A stretch of 64,000 nt of DNA from an uncultured Acidobacteriaceae bacterium (GTDB lineage: Bacteria; Acidobacteriota; Terriglobia; Terriglobales; Acidobacteriaceae). Positions within the stretch are counted from its first letter, which is position 1, and each line of letters opens with the position of its first letter. This document shows positions 1-10,324 of this stretch, piece after piece. Under the pieces are notes generated by a model, which did no database searches, was not told where the DNA came from, and saw only the letters and a list, made by a program, of their open reading frames with translations. The translations under genes and the position numbers were made by a program. The DNA is taken from positions 172,619 through 236,618 of the forward strand of contig CAWALE010000008.1 of the NCBI GenBank assembly GCA_963782775.1, given 5' to 3'.

Positions 1-646
1 GCAGCCAACCCAGCCGCAGCTCAAGGTCGACTCCAGCAATCGCACGCTCACAGTGAGCGCAACCGACAGCGTCACCGTCGAGCCAGATCTGGCAATTTTG
101 CACATCGGCTTCGTCACGCAGCCGCAAGACGCCAAGTCCGCGTACGCCGATGGAACCCGCGCCTCCAACGCCATCATCGCCGCACTTAAGGAGGCAGGAG
201 TCAAGGAGACGGCGATCCGAAGCGAGTCGCAATACCTCGATCGCGACTGGACCACCAAGCTGCGCAAATACACGCTGCACCAGCAGTGGACCGTCAAAGT
301 TGCGCCCGCGCGCGCAGCCGAGGTTCTCGACGTTGCTATCAACGCCGGAGCCACCAGCAGCGGCCAGATCGACTGGACTGTGAAGGACGAAAAAGCCCTT
401 GAAACTGAAGCCCTCGATAAGGCTGCTTCCCGCGCAAAGCAGAACGCGGAGGTCCTGGCCAAGGGAATGGGTGTGCGCCTCGGCTCGCTGATTTATGTGA
501 GCAATCAAGTGAGTGCGCCGCAGTACCCGAGGCCGATGATGGCCATGGCGATGCGAAGTGCGGAGGCCGCTCCCCAGCCACTGGCAGTCGAACCTCACCA
601 GGTAAGCCGCGAAGCCAGCGTCTACGCCGTGTTCGCCATCGAATAG
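1..646 (+). CDS. SIMPL (DUF541) domain periplasmic protein, 5' truncated by window edge
   Basis: Frame is open to the window start (QPTQPQLKVDSSNRTLTVSATDSVTVEPD...). Typical SIMPL features: VxPDxA near the start, 'ALDKAASRAKQNAEVLAKGMGVRLG', C-terminal 'VSREASVYAVFAIE'. Confidence 0.85.
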   Translation, partial: QPTQPQLKVDSSNRTLTVSATDSVTVEPDLAILHIGFVTQPQDAKSAYADGTRASNAIIAALKEAGVKETAIRSESQYLDRDWTTKLRKYTLHQQWTVKVAPARAAEVLDVAINAGATSSGQIDWTVKDEKALETEALDKAASRAKQNAEVLAKGMGVRLGSLIYVSNQVSAPQYPRPMMAMAMRSAEAAPQPLAVEPHQVSREASVYAVFAIE

Positions 647-665
647 GACAAAACCGCGCAGTGGG

Positions 666-1061
666 CTACAGCAGCCCGCCGCGCCCGATCATCCGCCGCG
701 CCAGCAACCACGAAAGCAGCGACACCCCAAGCGCCGCTGCAACCCAGCCAGCGTCTTCCAGCGTTCCTGTCATGTTCGGCGGCATATGCACCTGCAGCAC
801 TCCCGGCATACGTAGATCCGGCACGCCTGCTCTCATCCCTTGCCGCACAGCCTCGACACCAATCCACGCGACGCCGCCGAGCGTCAGCACTGCACCCGGC
901 ACAACCCGCTTCCACGGGAATGGAATCGGCTTCGGAGCTGAAGCTTCTTCGCGCACGCGCTCCATCACCGCCGACACAAAGCCTGACGAAGGCGCCAGTT
1001 CCTCTTCAGCGCTTAGAATCCGGTCGACGTTCTCCAGCTTTTTGTTCGGCTCCATCGTCAC
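666..1061 (-). CDS. Putative membrane anti-sigma factor
   Basis: Overlaps the sigma stop by 4 nt. Has an N-terminal 'PSSGFVSAVMERVR' anti-sigma-like motif followed by two TM segments. Confidence 0.65.
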   Translation of the reverse strand: MTMEPNKKLENVDRILSAEEELAPSSGFVSAVMERVREEASAPKPIPFPWKRVVPGAVLTLGGVAWIGVEAVRQGMRAGVPDLRMPGVLQVHMPPNMTGTLEDAGWVAAALGVSLLSWLLARRMIGRGGLL

Positions 1062-1678
1062 GCCTCCTTCTCCGCCAATTCCATCGCCGCCTGCTCATCC
1101 TCGAGATGCGGAAATCGCTTCTTCAACAAAGCCCGCGCCCTCGCCAGCCGCGCCTTCACCGTTCCTTCCGGCATCCCCATGGTGCGCGCCGCGGCGCCCA
1201 CATCCATCTCGTGAAAATAAAACAGAATCACCGGCTCGCGATAGCGCACCGGCAAGGCCAGCACCGCTCTGCGGACAGCATCCGAGCTTTGACGTTTCGC
1301 CATTTCGTTCAGCTGTGCCGCGGGACCGCCAGGCTCCGGCGCATCCTCAATTCGCACATCCAAAGTTGGAAACCGCTTCAGCTCCGAACGAAACACATTC
1401 GCCGCCAGCGCAAACAGCCATGTCGAAAAGCTTCCCTCGCGACGCCACTGCGCCAGCCCACGCCATGCGCGCACCAGTGCTTCCTGCGCCATCTCTTCGG
1501 CGCGCCCGCGATCGCGGCAGTAGCGCCAGGCCATATTCACCAGCGGACCCTGCCACCTGCGCACGATGCCCTCAAAAGCATTCACATCCCCGCCCAGCAC
1601 GCGCTCGACATCGGCCAGATCGGCCTCTTGACCTCGCGCCGCACTCACGTTCCGGGCAGTCGTATTCAAATCCACCAC
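1058..1678 (-). CDS. ECF RNA polymerase sigma-70 factor
   Basis: Region 2 'AEEMAQEALVRAW...FSTWLFALAAN' and region 4 'LPVRYREPVILFYFHEM...PEGTVKARLARAR'. Start moved downstream (GTG at 1678 or 1648) because 1689-1719 is a promoter-like motif. Confidence 0.92.
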   Translation of the reverse strand: MVDLNTTARNVSAARGQEADLADVERVLGGDVNAFEGIVRRWQGPLVNMAWRYCRDRGRAEEMAQEALVRAWRGLAQWRREGSFSTWLFALAANVFRSELKRFPTLDVRIEDAPEPGGPAAQLNEMAKRQSSDAVRRAVLALPVRYREPVILFYFHEMDVGAAARTMGMPEGTVKARLARARALLKKRFPHLEDEQAAMELAEKEA

Positions 1679-1688
1679 TCTCGTAATC

Positions 1689-1719
1689 GTGGGACAAGGG
1701 TCCGCTGCGCCCGGTTGCA
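1689..1719 (-). promoter_or_regulatory. Candidate ECF-dependent (autoregulatory) promoter TGCAACCG-N15-TGTCCCAC
   Basis: Exact 8+8 bp match with identical 15-bp spacing to 4089-4119. The AAC -35 and GTC-like -10 elements are typical of ECF promoters. Confidence 0.7.
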
Positions 1720-1729
1720 ATTTCTCACG

Positions 1730-3322
1730 TCAGTGCCAGTTCTTCACCATCGGCCACATTTGCGGCAGGGGCGTCTTCAGTCCCCGGCAGTAGAACACAT
1801 CGCCGTGCTCTCGCGGCATTGAATAGGGATGATCCACATGCCCACGCTTCTCGACAAAGGCATACAGCTTCTCGAGTTGCTCCTGTCGCCCCTGGATCAC
1901 GATCATGCTCTCACCCGTATACCCGCGCGGCCCCCATAAAAAGTAGTTCTGGTGCCCGCTGATGGCGTCCGGAAGGCCATATTTCTTTCCGAACAGATCG
2001 ATCGCCCCGGCCTGCCCGAAATTCTGCGCAAAGATTCCCGTCTTGCCGCGCTCCTCTGGCGGCACGGTCTCCCACACTCGCGCAACCTCCGCAGCCATCT
2101 CTTCCCAGCCAAATTGCGAGGCGTAGATCTGCGGAAGCGGACCGAGCTGCCACTTCTCAATCGCAGGCTGCTCCATATGGAGCACTTTTACATAGCGGAG
2201 ATACGTCTCCACCGGCAGCACCGGCAACAACATGGGGGCAAACACCGCGCTCATCAGCACCATCAGCCCCACGTAGCCCCATCCAACCCAACGCCGCTTC
2301 GGCCCACTCAGCCATTGCTCCCACAGCACGCTCCCCGCTGCAAACAGGATCGGGAACGCCGGCCAAATGTAATACACACGCGGATTGAAGACGTAGATCA
2401 CGGCGAACGTGATCAGGCACGCCCAGCCCAGCACTCGAAATGCCTTGCCCTTCTTTGCTGCAAAGAAAAACCACAGCCCGCCAAACCAGATCGGCAGTGA
2501 CAGTGGGAGCATGGCGCGCGTCTCCTCCACGAAAAACATCCACGGCGCCAGTTGCACATTGCGCCCGTCGCGCTGGATATTGGCCTGCAACTCAAGAAAC
2601 GGAAAGTGATTCTGGATATTCCAGATCAAATTTGGCAGAAAGATGAGAAACGCGATCAGCATCCCCAGCCAGAACCACCGCGAACGGAAGCAACGCCGCT
2701 CGCGCGTCAGAACCAGCCCAACCACCAGTCCAAATCCGAAGATCAGCATCGAGTGCTTGTTGAGCAGGCCGAGACCCGACAGCACTCCCACACCAGCCAG
2801 AGCTTTGGGCTCGCGCCGTTCACAATCCGAAGCACTAGATAGGCGCATCCCAGCCAGAACAGCGGCTCATACGCATTCATCGAGAGCAGGTTGTCGATGC
2901 CGAGAAATCCCGGCGCAAGCAAGACTGAAATCGCAGCCAGCCCCTGCGCAAAGCGCCCTCCGCCTAACTCGCGGGCGATCAGCCCGGTCAGCAGGATCTT
3001 CCCCACCCCGGCCAACGCCGGCAAAAACCGGATCGCAGGCAGTGATTCGCCCCAGAGCGCGGTGCCCAGCCACGTAATCGCTGCAATCAGCGGCGGCTGA
3101 TCGACGTAGCCCCACGCCAGAGTGCCGCGCGCATGCCAGGTAGTACAGCTCGTCTGTGAAGTATCCGTAATGGCGGCTCGCATAAAGGTGAACCAGCAGT
3201 TTCGCCACGGCGGCAATCAGCACCACCACTCCACCCGTCAACAACCAATTGGTCTTCACGAATCGTGAAAGACGCGCGTCAAGTTCGGTTTTTCTCACAG
3301 GAATGCTCTGGACCGAGTTCAT
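1730..3322 (-). CDS. Glycosyltransferase family 39 (ArnT/PMT-like GT-C), split by 2 apparent indels (~3120, ~2790)
   Basis: ORFs 2867-3322, 2743-3216 and 1730-2848 join into one protein: 'YGYFTDELYYLAC...LAWGYVDQPPL', 'GLGLLNK', 'PNLIWN', many TM helices. Confidence 0.85.
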
Positions 3323-3386
3323 GCCTTACACATCTACCGCAATTTCCTGATTTTGGCTGTGACGGTCATTGCGGCCATCAAGACGG

Positions 3387-4055
3387 TCAAACTCCTTCAC
3401 TTTTCTTTGTTCTCGCTCCGATCCACGCACCCACACTGCCGACAATCAGAGCCACCAGCGGCCCCATCCACAAGTGCGTGAATCCCGAATCGAGCGTATT
3501 GGCAATCCCGAACGCATGCGGATCCATCCACCCGCTGCGTTTGAACTCCGCCCACGTCGCCACGTAATCCGGCCGCGGCGGCGCAATAAATAACTGCATC
3601 GCGAACCCGGCCGTCACACCGATCACCATGCAGACGCCGGCGCTCATGACCGCGGCGATCACGCCCGGCCGGAACCGATTCAATTCTCTTGCCGTACGCG
3701 CGCCTGCAACGCCCCAAAGCGCAAAAACTATGAGCATCGCCACAATCTGCACCGCGGGCTCTTGCGCTGCGATCCCATTTTCCAGGGCCACATTGAACCC
3801 TTCCGTAAGACCCGTGATGGTGCCGAACAGGGCCGCGTTCCTCATCTCCGCATCCCAGTCGTCGCCCCGATGCGCAACAACCACGACAATCACGCCGGCA
3901 TAGACCACCAGTGCCAGCACCACCTCGCGCAGGAACCACGCGGCGCCCGGGTTAAGAAACCATCCGGGACTTCGCTCCGCTGCTGCGACCGCCATCCCGA
4001 TCGAGGCAACGATCATCAGGACCAAAACAAACGAGAATACAGCCCGCCATGTCAT
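3387..4055 (-). CDS. Hypothetical multi-pass membrane protein
   Basis: 222-aa ORF with about 6 hydrophobic segments and a GGAGG RBS upstream. Confidence 0.65.
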   Translation of the reverse strand: MTWRAVFSFVLVLMIVASIGMAVAAAERSPGWFLNPGAAWFLREVVLALVVYAGVIVVVVAHRGDDWDAEMRNAALFGTITGLTEGFNVALENGIAAQEPAVQIVAMLIVFALWGVAGARTARELNRFRPGVIAAVMSAGVCMVIGVTAGFAMQLFIAPPRPDYVATWAEFKRSGWMDPHAFGIANTLDSGFTHLWMGPLVALIVGSVGAWIGARTKKSEGV

Positions 4056-4088
4056 CGCCGTGCACCTCCTGCCTTACTCACAAGAAAA

Positions 4089-4119
4089 TGCAACCGCCTG
4101 GCACGCCCTCCTGTCCCAC
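4089..4119 (+). promoter_or_regulatory. Candidate ECF-dependent promoter TGCAACCG-N15-TGTCCCAC
   Basis: Identical boxes and spacing to the motif upstream of the ECF sigma gene; lies 46 bp before the ATG at 4165. Confidence 0.7.
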
Positions 4120-4164
4120 CATACGAATGGGATCGAAACAACACCCGGTAAGCAGGAGGATTCT

Positions 4165-4602
4165 ATGACACACCTGATACTTCAAACGATCTTTGGCAAC
4201 AACGATGTTTTCGCGAACTATGGCCTCTGGCTCTTTCTCTCTGTGGGCGCAGTGGCTCTCTTCGGTATCTTCCTCCCGCTAAGCGTCTGGATGGATCACC
4301 GTCGCAAGGAACGGGAAGCCTTCTACAAGGCCGACACGATCCGCCGCATCGCCGAGGCACCGGGACAAGGCGGCAACGCCGCAGTCGAGCTAATGCGCGA
4401 ACAAGCGCGCATGGCGAGCCTGAAGACGCGCGAAGGCCTGAAAATCGGCGGCATCATCAATATGGGTGTCGGCATCGGCGTGACAATATTTCTTTACGCC
4501 CTTCTGCACGGGTCACCGGTTTTTCTTTGCGGCCTCATTCCGGCCCTGATCGGCGTCGCCATGCTGGTCTATGTATATGTGCTGGCGGAGCCGGCATTCT
4601 AG
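4165..4602 (+). CDS. DUF6249-like small membrane protein
   Basis: AGGAGGA RBS. TM helix, 'RRKERE' charged stretch, 'LKIGGIINMGVGIG' and a C-terminal TM hairpin 'GLIPALIGVAMLVY'. Confidence 0.6.
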   Translation: MTHLILQTIFGNNDVFANYGLWLFLSVGAVALFGIFLPLSVWMDHRRKEREAFYKADTIRRIAEAPGQGGNAAVELMREQARMASLKTREGLKIGGIINMGVGIGVTIFLYALLHGSPVFLCGLIPALIGVAMLVYVYVLAEPAF

Positions 4603-4698
4603 CGACATTTGAATCTTGGCGTGCGTCCGCGCATCAGATAGTCGTTGTAACAGATAATTCCCGGTTAGCACTCCGGCCGGGAGCGCCGGAGCTTCGCA

Positions 4699-5517
4699 AT
4701 GCCCATCAATGCTGCTGAACGTCAGCCAGTCATCTTCCTCCCGCACGGCGGAGGCCCATGCTTCTTCATGGATTGGACGTGGGGCCCAGCCGACACATGG
4801 CACGCCACAAAGCGATTTCTCGAGTCCGTGGCTTCTACATTGCCTGAAAAACCCAAAGCTTTGCTGGTCATCAGCGGCCACTGGGAAGAGCCGGCCTTCA
4901 CAGTCAGCACCGCCGACAAGCCGCAACTTATCTTCGACTACTCCGGCTTCCCCGCGCACACCTACCAGATCACCTGGCCTGCTCCCGGCGATCCAGCGCT
5001 CGCTGTTCGCGTGGCAGAACTGCTTAGTAACGCTGCCCTCCCCTCCGCGGCCGATCCGACCCGCGGCTACGACCACGGCGTCTTCGTTCCGCTCAAGGTT
5101 GCGTTCCCGCACGCGGAGATCCCGGTTGTCACACTGTCCCTCGATCACTCGCTTGATCCAGCACGGCATATCGAAGCCGGTCGGGCACTGGCGCCTCTGC
5201 GTGACGAAGGTGTTCTCATCGTCGCCAGCGGCATGAGCTTCCATAATCTACGCGCCTACCTGCACCCCGAGACGCCCGACCGTGCCCGCGCATTCGACGC
5301 GTGGCTCACCAGCGCCGTAGAGTCGCCGGCCATGAAGCGCAACTCCCTGCTCTCCAAATGGAGCGAAGCCCCCTTCGCGGCCTACGCCCACCCGCGCGAA
5401 GAGCATTTGATTCCTTTGATGGTTGCTTCCGGCGCTGGGGGCGAAACCCCAGGCAAGCGCGTCTTCACGGATGAGCCGATGGGTGCGAGGATCAGTGCCT
5501 ACCGCTTCGACGGCTGA
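4699..5517 (+). CDS. Class III extradiol dioxygenase (DODA/YgiD, LigB family)
   Basis: Motifs 'PHGGGP', 'VISGHWE', 'RGYDHGVFVPL', 'SGMSFHNL' and 'HPREEHLIPL'. Confidence 0.92.
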   Translation: MPINAAERQPVIFLPHGGGPCFFMDWTWGPADTWHATKRFLESVASTLPEKPKALLVISGHWEEPAFTVSTADKPQLIFDYSGFPAHTYQITWPAPGDPALAVRVAELLSNAALPSAADPTRGYDHGVFVPLKVAFPHAEIPVVTLSLDHSLDPARHIEAGRALAPLRDEGVLIVASGMSFHNLRAYLHPETPDRARAFDAWLTSAVESPAMKRNSLLSKWSEAPFAAYAHPREEHLIPLMVASGAGGETPGKRVFTDEPMGARISAYRFDG

Positions 5518-5566
5518 CCGCTTCTGATCCCCACCTGCCCCGACATCCGCAATCGGCTACTCTGCT

Positions 5567-5999
5567 TTAGCGTCCTCGCAATCGGAGATTCATCCCGCTG
5601 TCCAGCAGGATCGCCACCAGCGCAAACAGCATGCTCAGGTCCGTGCGGGCCTCATGGATAAAACTGAGCAGTCCATAGTGCTCCAACTTCGGCGCCGCAA
5701 ATCCTGCCCAGCGTGTGCCCCAGCAGGATCGGCGCCTTGGTCGTAAAGATCGCGGTCAGAATTACGATCAGCAACAATAAGGCTGCATCGCCGGCATACA
5801 AATTCAAAATCAGGGCTCCTCCCGCTGCAATCTCCACCGCTCCCACAACCGGCGCGAGCACGTGCGGCAGGGGCAGCCCGATGTGCGCGAATCGTCCCCA
5901 GCCCAATTCGCCGGGATACACGAACTTCAGAATCCCCTCGGTCAAAAACACCACTCCCACAATCACGCGTATCAGAATCATCGGAAGATTCTTGCGCAT
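5567..5999 (-). CDS. DoxX family membrane protein, one apparent indel (~5705)
   Basis: 'IRVIVGVVFLTEGILKF...GRFAHIGLP...VGAVEI'. A second frame continues 'FAAPKLEHYGLLSFIHEARTDLSMLFALVAILL' to a TAA at 5567. Confidence 0.8.
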
Positions 6000-6017
6000 C
6001 CTTCTCTCCCCGCCTGG

Positions 6018-6525
6018 CTATCTGCTCTCGAGCAGATTTTCAATATCCTTCGTCAGACTCTCCGGCTTGGTGGTGGATGCGTAGCGCGCCACCACTCTTC
6101 CGCTTCGATCGACCAGAAACTTCGTGAAGTTCCACTTGATCGCTCCGCCGCCCAGCGGCCCCAGCAGTCCCGGTTTTTCTTTTTTCAGAAACCGATACAG
6201 CGGGTGCGTTCTTTCGCCGTTCACATCGATCTTGGCGAACATGGGAAAGCTCACTCCATAGTTCTGCTCGCAAAAGGTGCCGATTTCCTCAGCCGTTCCT
6301 GGCTCCTGCGAGCCAAACTGGTTGCACGGAAAGCCCAGCACCTCTAACCCTCGCTCCTTATACGTCCGATATAGCAACTCCAGTCCCGCGTACTGAGGCG
6401 TGAATCCGCATTGGCTGGCCGTATTTACAATCAGCAGCGCCTTGCCCCTGAAATTCGAAAGGCTCGTTGCCGCCCGTCCAGCGTCTGCGCCGAAAAATCG
6501 TAGACGGCCCCGAAGTTTCTGCCAT
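6018..6525 (-). CDS. Glutathione peroxidase (Cys-type), apparent indels near the 5' end
   Basis: Motifs '[13 protein letters not shown]', 'LGFPCNQFG' and '[10 protein letters not shown]'. ATG at 6525 with GAGGAG RBS; the N-terminal '[11 protein letters not shown]' is in a shifted frame. Confidence 0.9.
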
Positions 6526-6809
6526 TTTCTCCTCAATCCTCGTCGCTTTTGAGGATGTCATGTCGACCGCGCCTGCGTCTAAGCATCGTGCATTCGCTCA
6601 TATCCAGTCATTTAGGGCAAGGAATCTCCGCTTACAGGTATCAGTCCATGGAGCGTCGTTAGCTCCCGCCATTTCGGTCCGGTAAACTGATCTAGGACCC
6701 AAATGAGCAGGCGGTTGGCGACCAGGTTCAGCATTCGATGGTAGATCTGTTTTCGTCCATCCATGTTCTGTCACTCGTTTTGTGAAGTGCCCGGAGTCCC
6801 GAATGACGC

Positions 6810-6856
6810 GATAGGCGGTGCCCCTTCGGACAGGTTTTCGTCCGCAGGGTACTGAT
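6810..6856 (+). repeat. Hairpin element copy 1 upstream of bamA
   Basis: GATAGGCGGTGCCCCTTCGGACAGGTTTTCGTCCGCAGGGTACTGAT; similar to 7087-7125. Confidence 0.55.
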
Positions 6857-7086
6857 TGGCGCGGCAGAAAAATTGGGGAAGATTTTGGTTTCCGATCCGA
6901 GCGCTTCATCCGTGGTTCCAATGCGGTTGTTGTGCTCAGAAGACACCGTCTTCGAGATGATAAAATCAATCTTTCCTAAAGGCTGTAACAGAACTTAAGC
7001 AGTGAGGGTGTGCATATTCTTCCCGTGAAGCCTTACCTTGGACCGCACCAGTACTTGTGCTCGCCGCAGGATTCCAGCCCGGTGAA

Positions 7087-7125
7087 GATAGGTGGCCCCG
7101 ACGGACAGGTCCGTGGGGTACTCAT
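7087..7125 (+). repeat. Hairpin element copy 2 upstream of bamA
   Basis: GATAGGTGGCCCCGACGGACAGGTCCGTGGGGTACTCAT; same flanks and stem as 6810-6856. Confidence 0.55.
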
Positions 7126-7150
7126 CAAGCACGACGTCATCGCCCGCAAA

Positions 7151-10025
7151 TTGCGGATCTCTACCATTATTTCGCGGCTTTTTCTTTTGTTTCTGCTTGT
7201 CTTCTCAGCCGGTAGTGCGCTGGCCCAGCAAACGCAGACCATCGAGTCCATCCGGGTCATCGGCAACCGCCGTATCCCGAAGGAGACCATTCTCGCCCGC
7301 ATGTTCACCCATCCTGGCGACACCTATGACTCCGTTTCGATCGAGCGCGACTTCAATTCCCTCTGGAACACGGGCTACTTCGAAGACCTCCGGATCGAGC
7401 GAGAAGATACCGAGAAGGGCATCATCCTTAACGTCTTCGTCCGCGAGACGTCCCACGATTCGCGAGATCAACTACAAGGGCAACAGCTCAGTCTCGACCT
7501 CCGACATTCTTGACCGCTTCAAGAAGGAGAAGGTCGGCCTATCGGTGGAAGGCCAGTACGATCCCACCAAGGTGATGCGCGCCAAGAACGTGATCGCGGA
7601 ACTGCTGGCCGAACATGGGCACCAGTTCGCCACCATCAAGGCCGACGTCAAGACCATTCCTCCAGCCTCGGTGCAGATCAACTTCAGCATCAAGGAAGGT
7701 CCGACGGTCAAGGTCGGCCAGATCAAGTTCGTCGGCAACGAGCACATCAGCAGCCTTATCCTGCGTCGCTCCATGAAGAACCTGAAGCCTGATCGGCATA
7801 CCGTATTCTCTGTTCCTTGAGAATCTTTTTGCCCGCACCTTCGACACATCCAAGCTCGACGAAGACACTGAGCGCGTTCGCTTCGCCTATCGCGACAAGG
7901 GCTACGCCAACGCCGCAGTCGAAACTCCCCGTACCCAGATTCGCGACGAAGGCGGACTGAGTTTCCTCACCTTCCGGCCCAAACGCGGCAAGCGCATCGA
8001 TATCCTGATGCCCATTGAAGAGGGTGCATCGCTACAAGCTCGGTTCCATCACCTTCACCGGCAACGTCCACCTCAACAACACCAAGGCGCTCCGCGCAAC
8101 GTTTGCGATCAAGGATGGCGACTGGTTCAATGCCACTCTCATCGGCAAGGGCCTCGAAAACCTGAAGAAGGCATACGGCACGCTCGGCTATATCAACTTT
8201 GGCGCCATTCCCAAGCCCGTCTATGACGACCAGAAGAAGACAGTCTCCTTTCAGATCGATATCGATGAAGGCAAGCAGTTCTACGTCTCGCGCATCGAGT
8301 TTCAAGGCAACGTCATCACCCGCGATCGCGTGATCCGCCGCGAGTTGCTTCTCGACGAAGGCCAGGTCTACAACTCCCAGCTTTGGGAGTACAGCCTGCT
8401 GCGCCTCAATCAGCTTGAATATTTTGAGGCTCTCAAGGTCGATCAGGACTCCGAGGCACACCAGAACGCCGAAGCCGGCACCGTCGACCTGCTCCTCAAG
8501 GTCAAGGAAAAGGGCAAGAACTCCATTGGTCTGAACGGCGGCGTCAGCGGACTCTCAGGCGCCTTTCTCGGCATCAATTACCAGACCAACAACTTCCTCG
8601 GCCTAGGCGAAACCCTCAGCGTTCAAGGCAACATCGGTAACGTGAGTCGACAGTTCCTCTTCGGCTTCACACAGCCCTATTTCCACAACCGTCCTCTTGG
8701 CCTCGGCTTCCAGATCTACAACAACAAGTCCGACTTTAACGCGGCCAAGTCCTACCAGACGAGCTCTGGCACCGCCCTCAACCTGAGCGCCGCGCAGCAG
8801 TCGCTCACGCAGAACTACAATCAGGCCTCCACCGGCTTGAACTTCTCAGTGAACTACCCCCTGCGCCGTCATGCATTCCAGCGCGTGGGCTTCACCTACT
8901 CGCTGTCTCGCGCCAACATCACTGCCTTCAGCACGGCCTCGCAGACCTACTTCCAGACCATCAGCTTCCGGTCCGGCATCCAGGGCTCGAATGCGCTGGA
9001 AGGCATTGTTACCAGCCTGGCTTCCTTCACCTATACCTACAACACCGTCAACAATCCCGTACGGCCGCGCACTGGCAAGGAGTTCACGGCGGCGTTTCAG
9101 GTGGCCGGCATCTGGGGCAATGTGCGCTACTTCTCGCCCCTGGTTTCGCTTCAGGACCTACCGCTCCATGCACTATCTCAAGTTCAATCCCAATGGCCAT
9201 AACGTACTCGCCTTCAAGTCTCAGCTCGGCTATATCCAGGGATACGGCGGCGATGTGGCTCCTCCGAATAACCGTTTCTACGCTGGCGGCGAATCGGAAC
9301 TGCGCGGCTTCGACGTTCGTAGTGCGACTCCATACGGTTACGTGCCAACACGCCAGACTGTCCAGCTAACCAATCCCGACAATTCCTGCGTGCCGCGCGA
9401 TCCCAACAATCCTCAGTTGAACCAGTGCATCGCAGTTCCGATCCCGGTATACGGCATCGTCTCAATCGGAGGCGACACCAGCTTCCTCAGCAATCTTGAG
9501 TACCGCATTCCCATCGTTGGCTCCGCGATGTTCTCTTTCTTCGATGATTTCGGCCTCGACCTCGTCACCAACCACGGCCAGCTGAAGCAGAGCCCCGAGG
9601 GTTTTGCATCCCTCACCGCTCCCCTCTATGGATGCCCGGTTTATAACAATGGCTCCTGCCAGGGCGGTATACCCGGATCGCAGGTGGGTTTCCAGCGCGA
9701 TATTCGCCCTGTCGCTGGCACAAACGTTGTACCGCGCATGTCGGTGGGCGGCGAGCTATCCATCATCATGCCAATCATCAACGCGCCTTTCCGCCTTTAC
9801 TACGCGTACAACCCGCTTCGCCTCTACGAACGTCCCTATTGCAACGACGTAAACCTCGGAGCCAAGGTGCAGAGCTGCACGGCGCAGCTAATTACCCGCG
9901 ATATGTTCCCCCCGGGTGGCGCAGGTGACTACACCTACGAGCAGACCATCCAGGCCTACGGTGCGCAGAATCTCTTTCGCGAACCGCGTAAGACCTTCCG
10001 CCTCAGCGTCTCCACTACTTTCTAA
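7151..10025 (+). CDS. bamA: Outer membrane protein assembly factor BamA, ~4 apparent indels (~7448, ~7791, ~8027, ~9150); start uncertain
   Basis: Signal peptide, POTRA repeats ('IRVIGNRRI', 'LWNTGYFED', 'IEFQGNVITRDRVIRREL'), 'NNFLGLGE', loop-6 'YAGGESELRGF' and C-terminal Phe. Followed by skp genes. Confidence 0.95.
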
Positions 10026-10048
10026 TTCCAAACTCAACTACCATTTAC

Positions 10049-10080
10049 GAAGGCCGCTCACTCGAGCGGCCTTCTCGTTT
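10049..10080 (+). terminator. Intrinsic terminator after bamA
   Basis: GAAGGCCGCTC-ACTC-GAGCGGCCTTC stem followed by TCGTTT. Confidence 0.75.
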
Positions 10081-10123
10081 GCCGCTCCCTATTCGCTTAT
10101 CCCTGATCCCTGTTCCCCGCTGT

Positions 10124-10152
10124 TTGACCCCCCTCTCCGCCCCTCATATAAT
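10124..10152 (+). promoter_or_regulatory. Sigma-70 promoter of skp1
   Basis: TTGACC (10124-10129), 17-bp spacer, TATAAT (10147-10152). Confidence 0.85.
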
Positions 10153-10158
10153 CGTTGC

Positions 10159-10324
10159 AGTTCCTGCTGACGTCTCCGTCCGCGTCTTTTTGCCTCTGCT
10201 TCAACCGTCGTGGAGCCTCCAACGAAAAAAGACGAATGAAGGTTGCTCAGGAGGCACAGGCTCGTGATTGCGCCGCATGGTTGCAGGACCGCCTTCCAGG
10301 GATTTCAAGGAGTATTGGATTTAA
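10159..10324 (+). ncRNA. Candidate structured cis-regulatory 5' leader of skp1
   Basis: P1 AGTTCCTG/CAGGGATT, P2 CTGA/TCAG, P3 GAGGC/GCCTT. The same architecture occurs at 11173-11348. Confidence 0.65.

Noticed and set aside
661-1822. Long + strand ORFs 661-1686 and 920-1822, and many similar overlapping ORFs elsewhere
   Set aside because: Antisense or alternate-frame shadows of recognisable genes in GC-rich DNA; Pro/Arg/Ala-rich with no motifs.
6400-6420. Selenocysteine glutathione peroxidase
   Set aside because: The active-site codon is TGC (Cys), not TGA.
7151-10025. bamA (and lpxA) as pseudogenes or programmed frameshift genes
   Set aside because: These are essential genes, the breaks show no shared slippery sequence, and indels are scattered window-wide; sequencing error is the simpler explanation.
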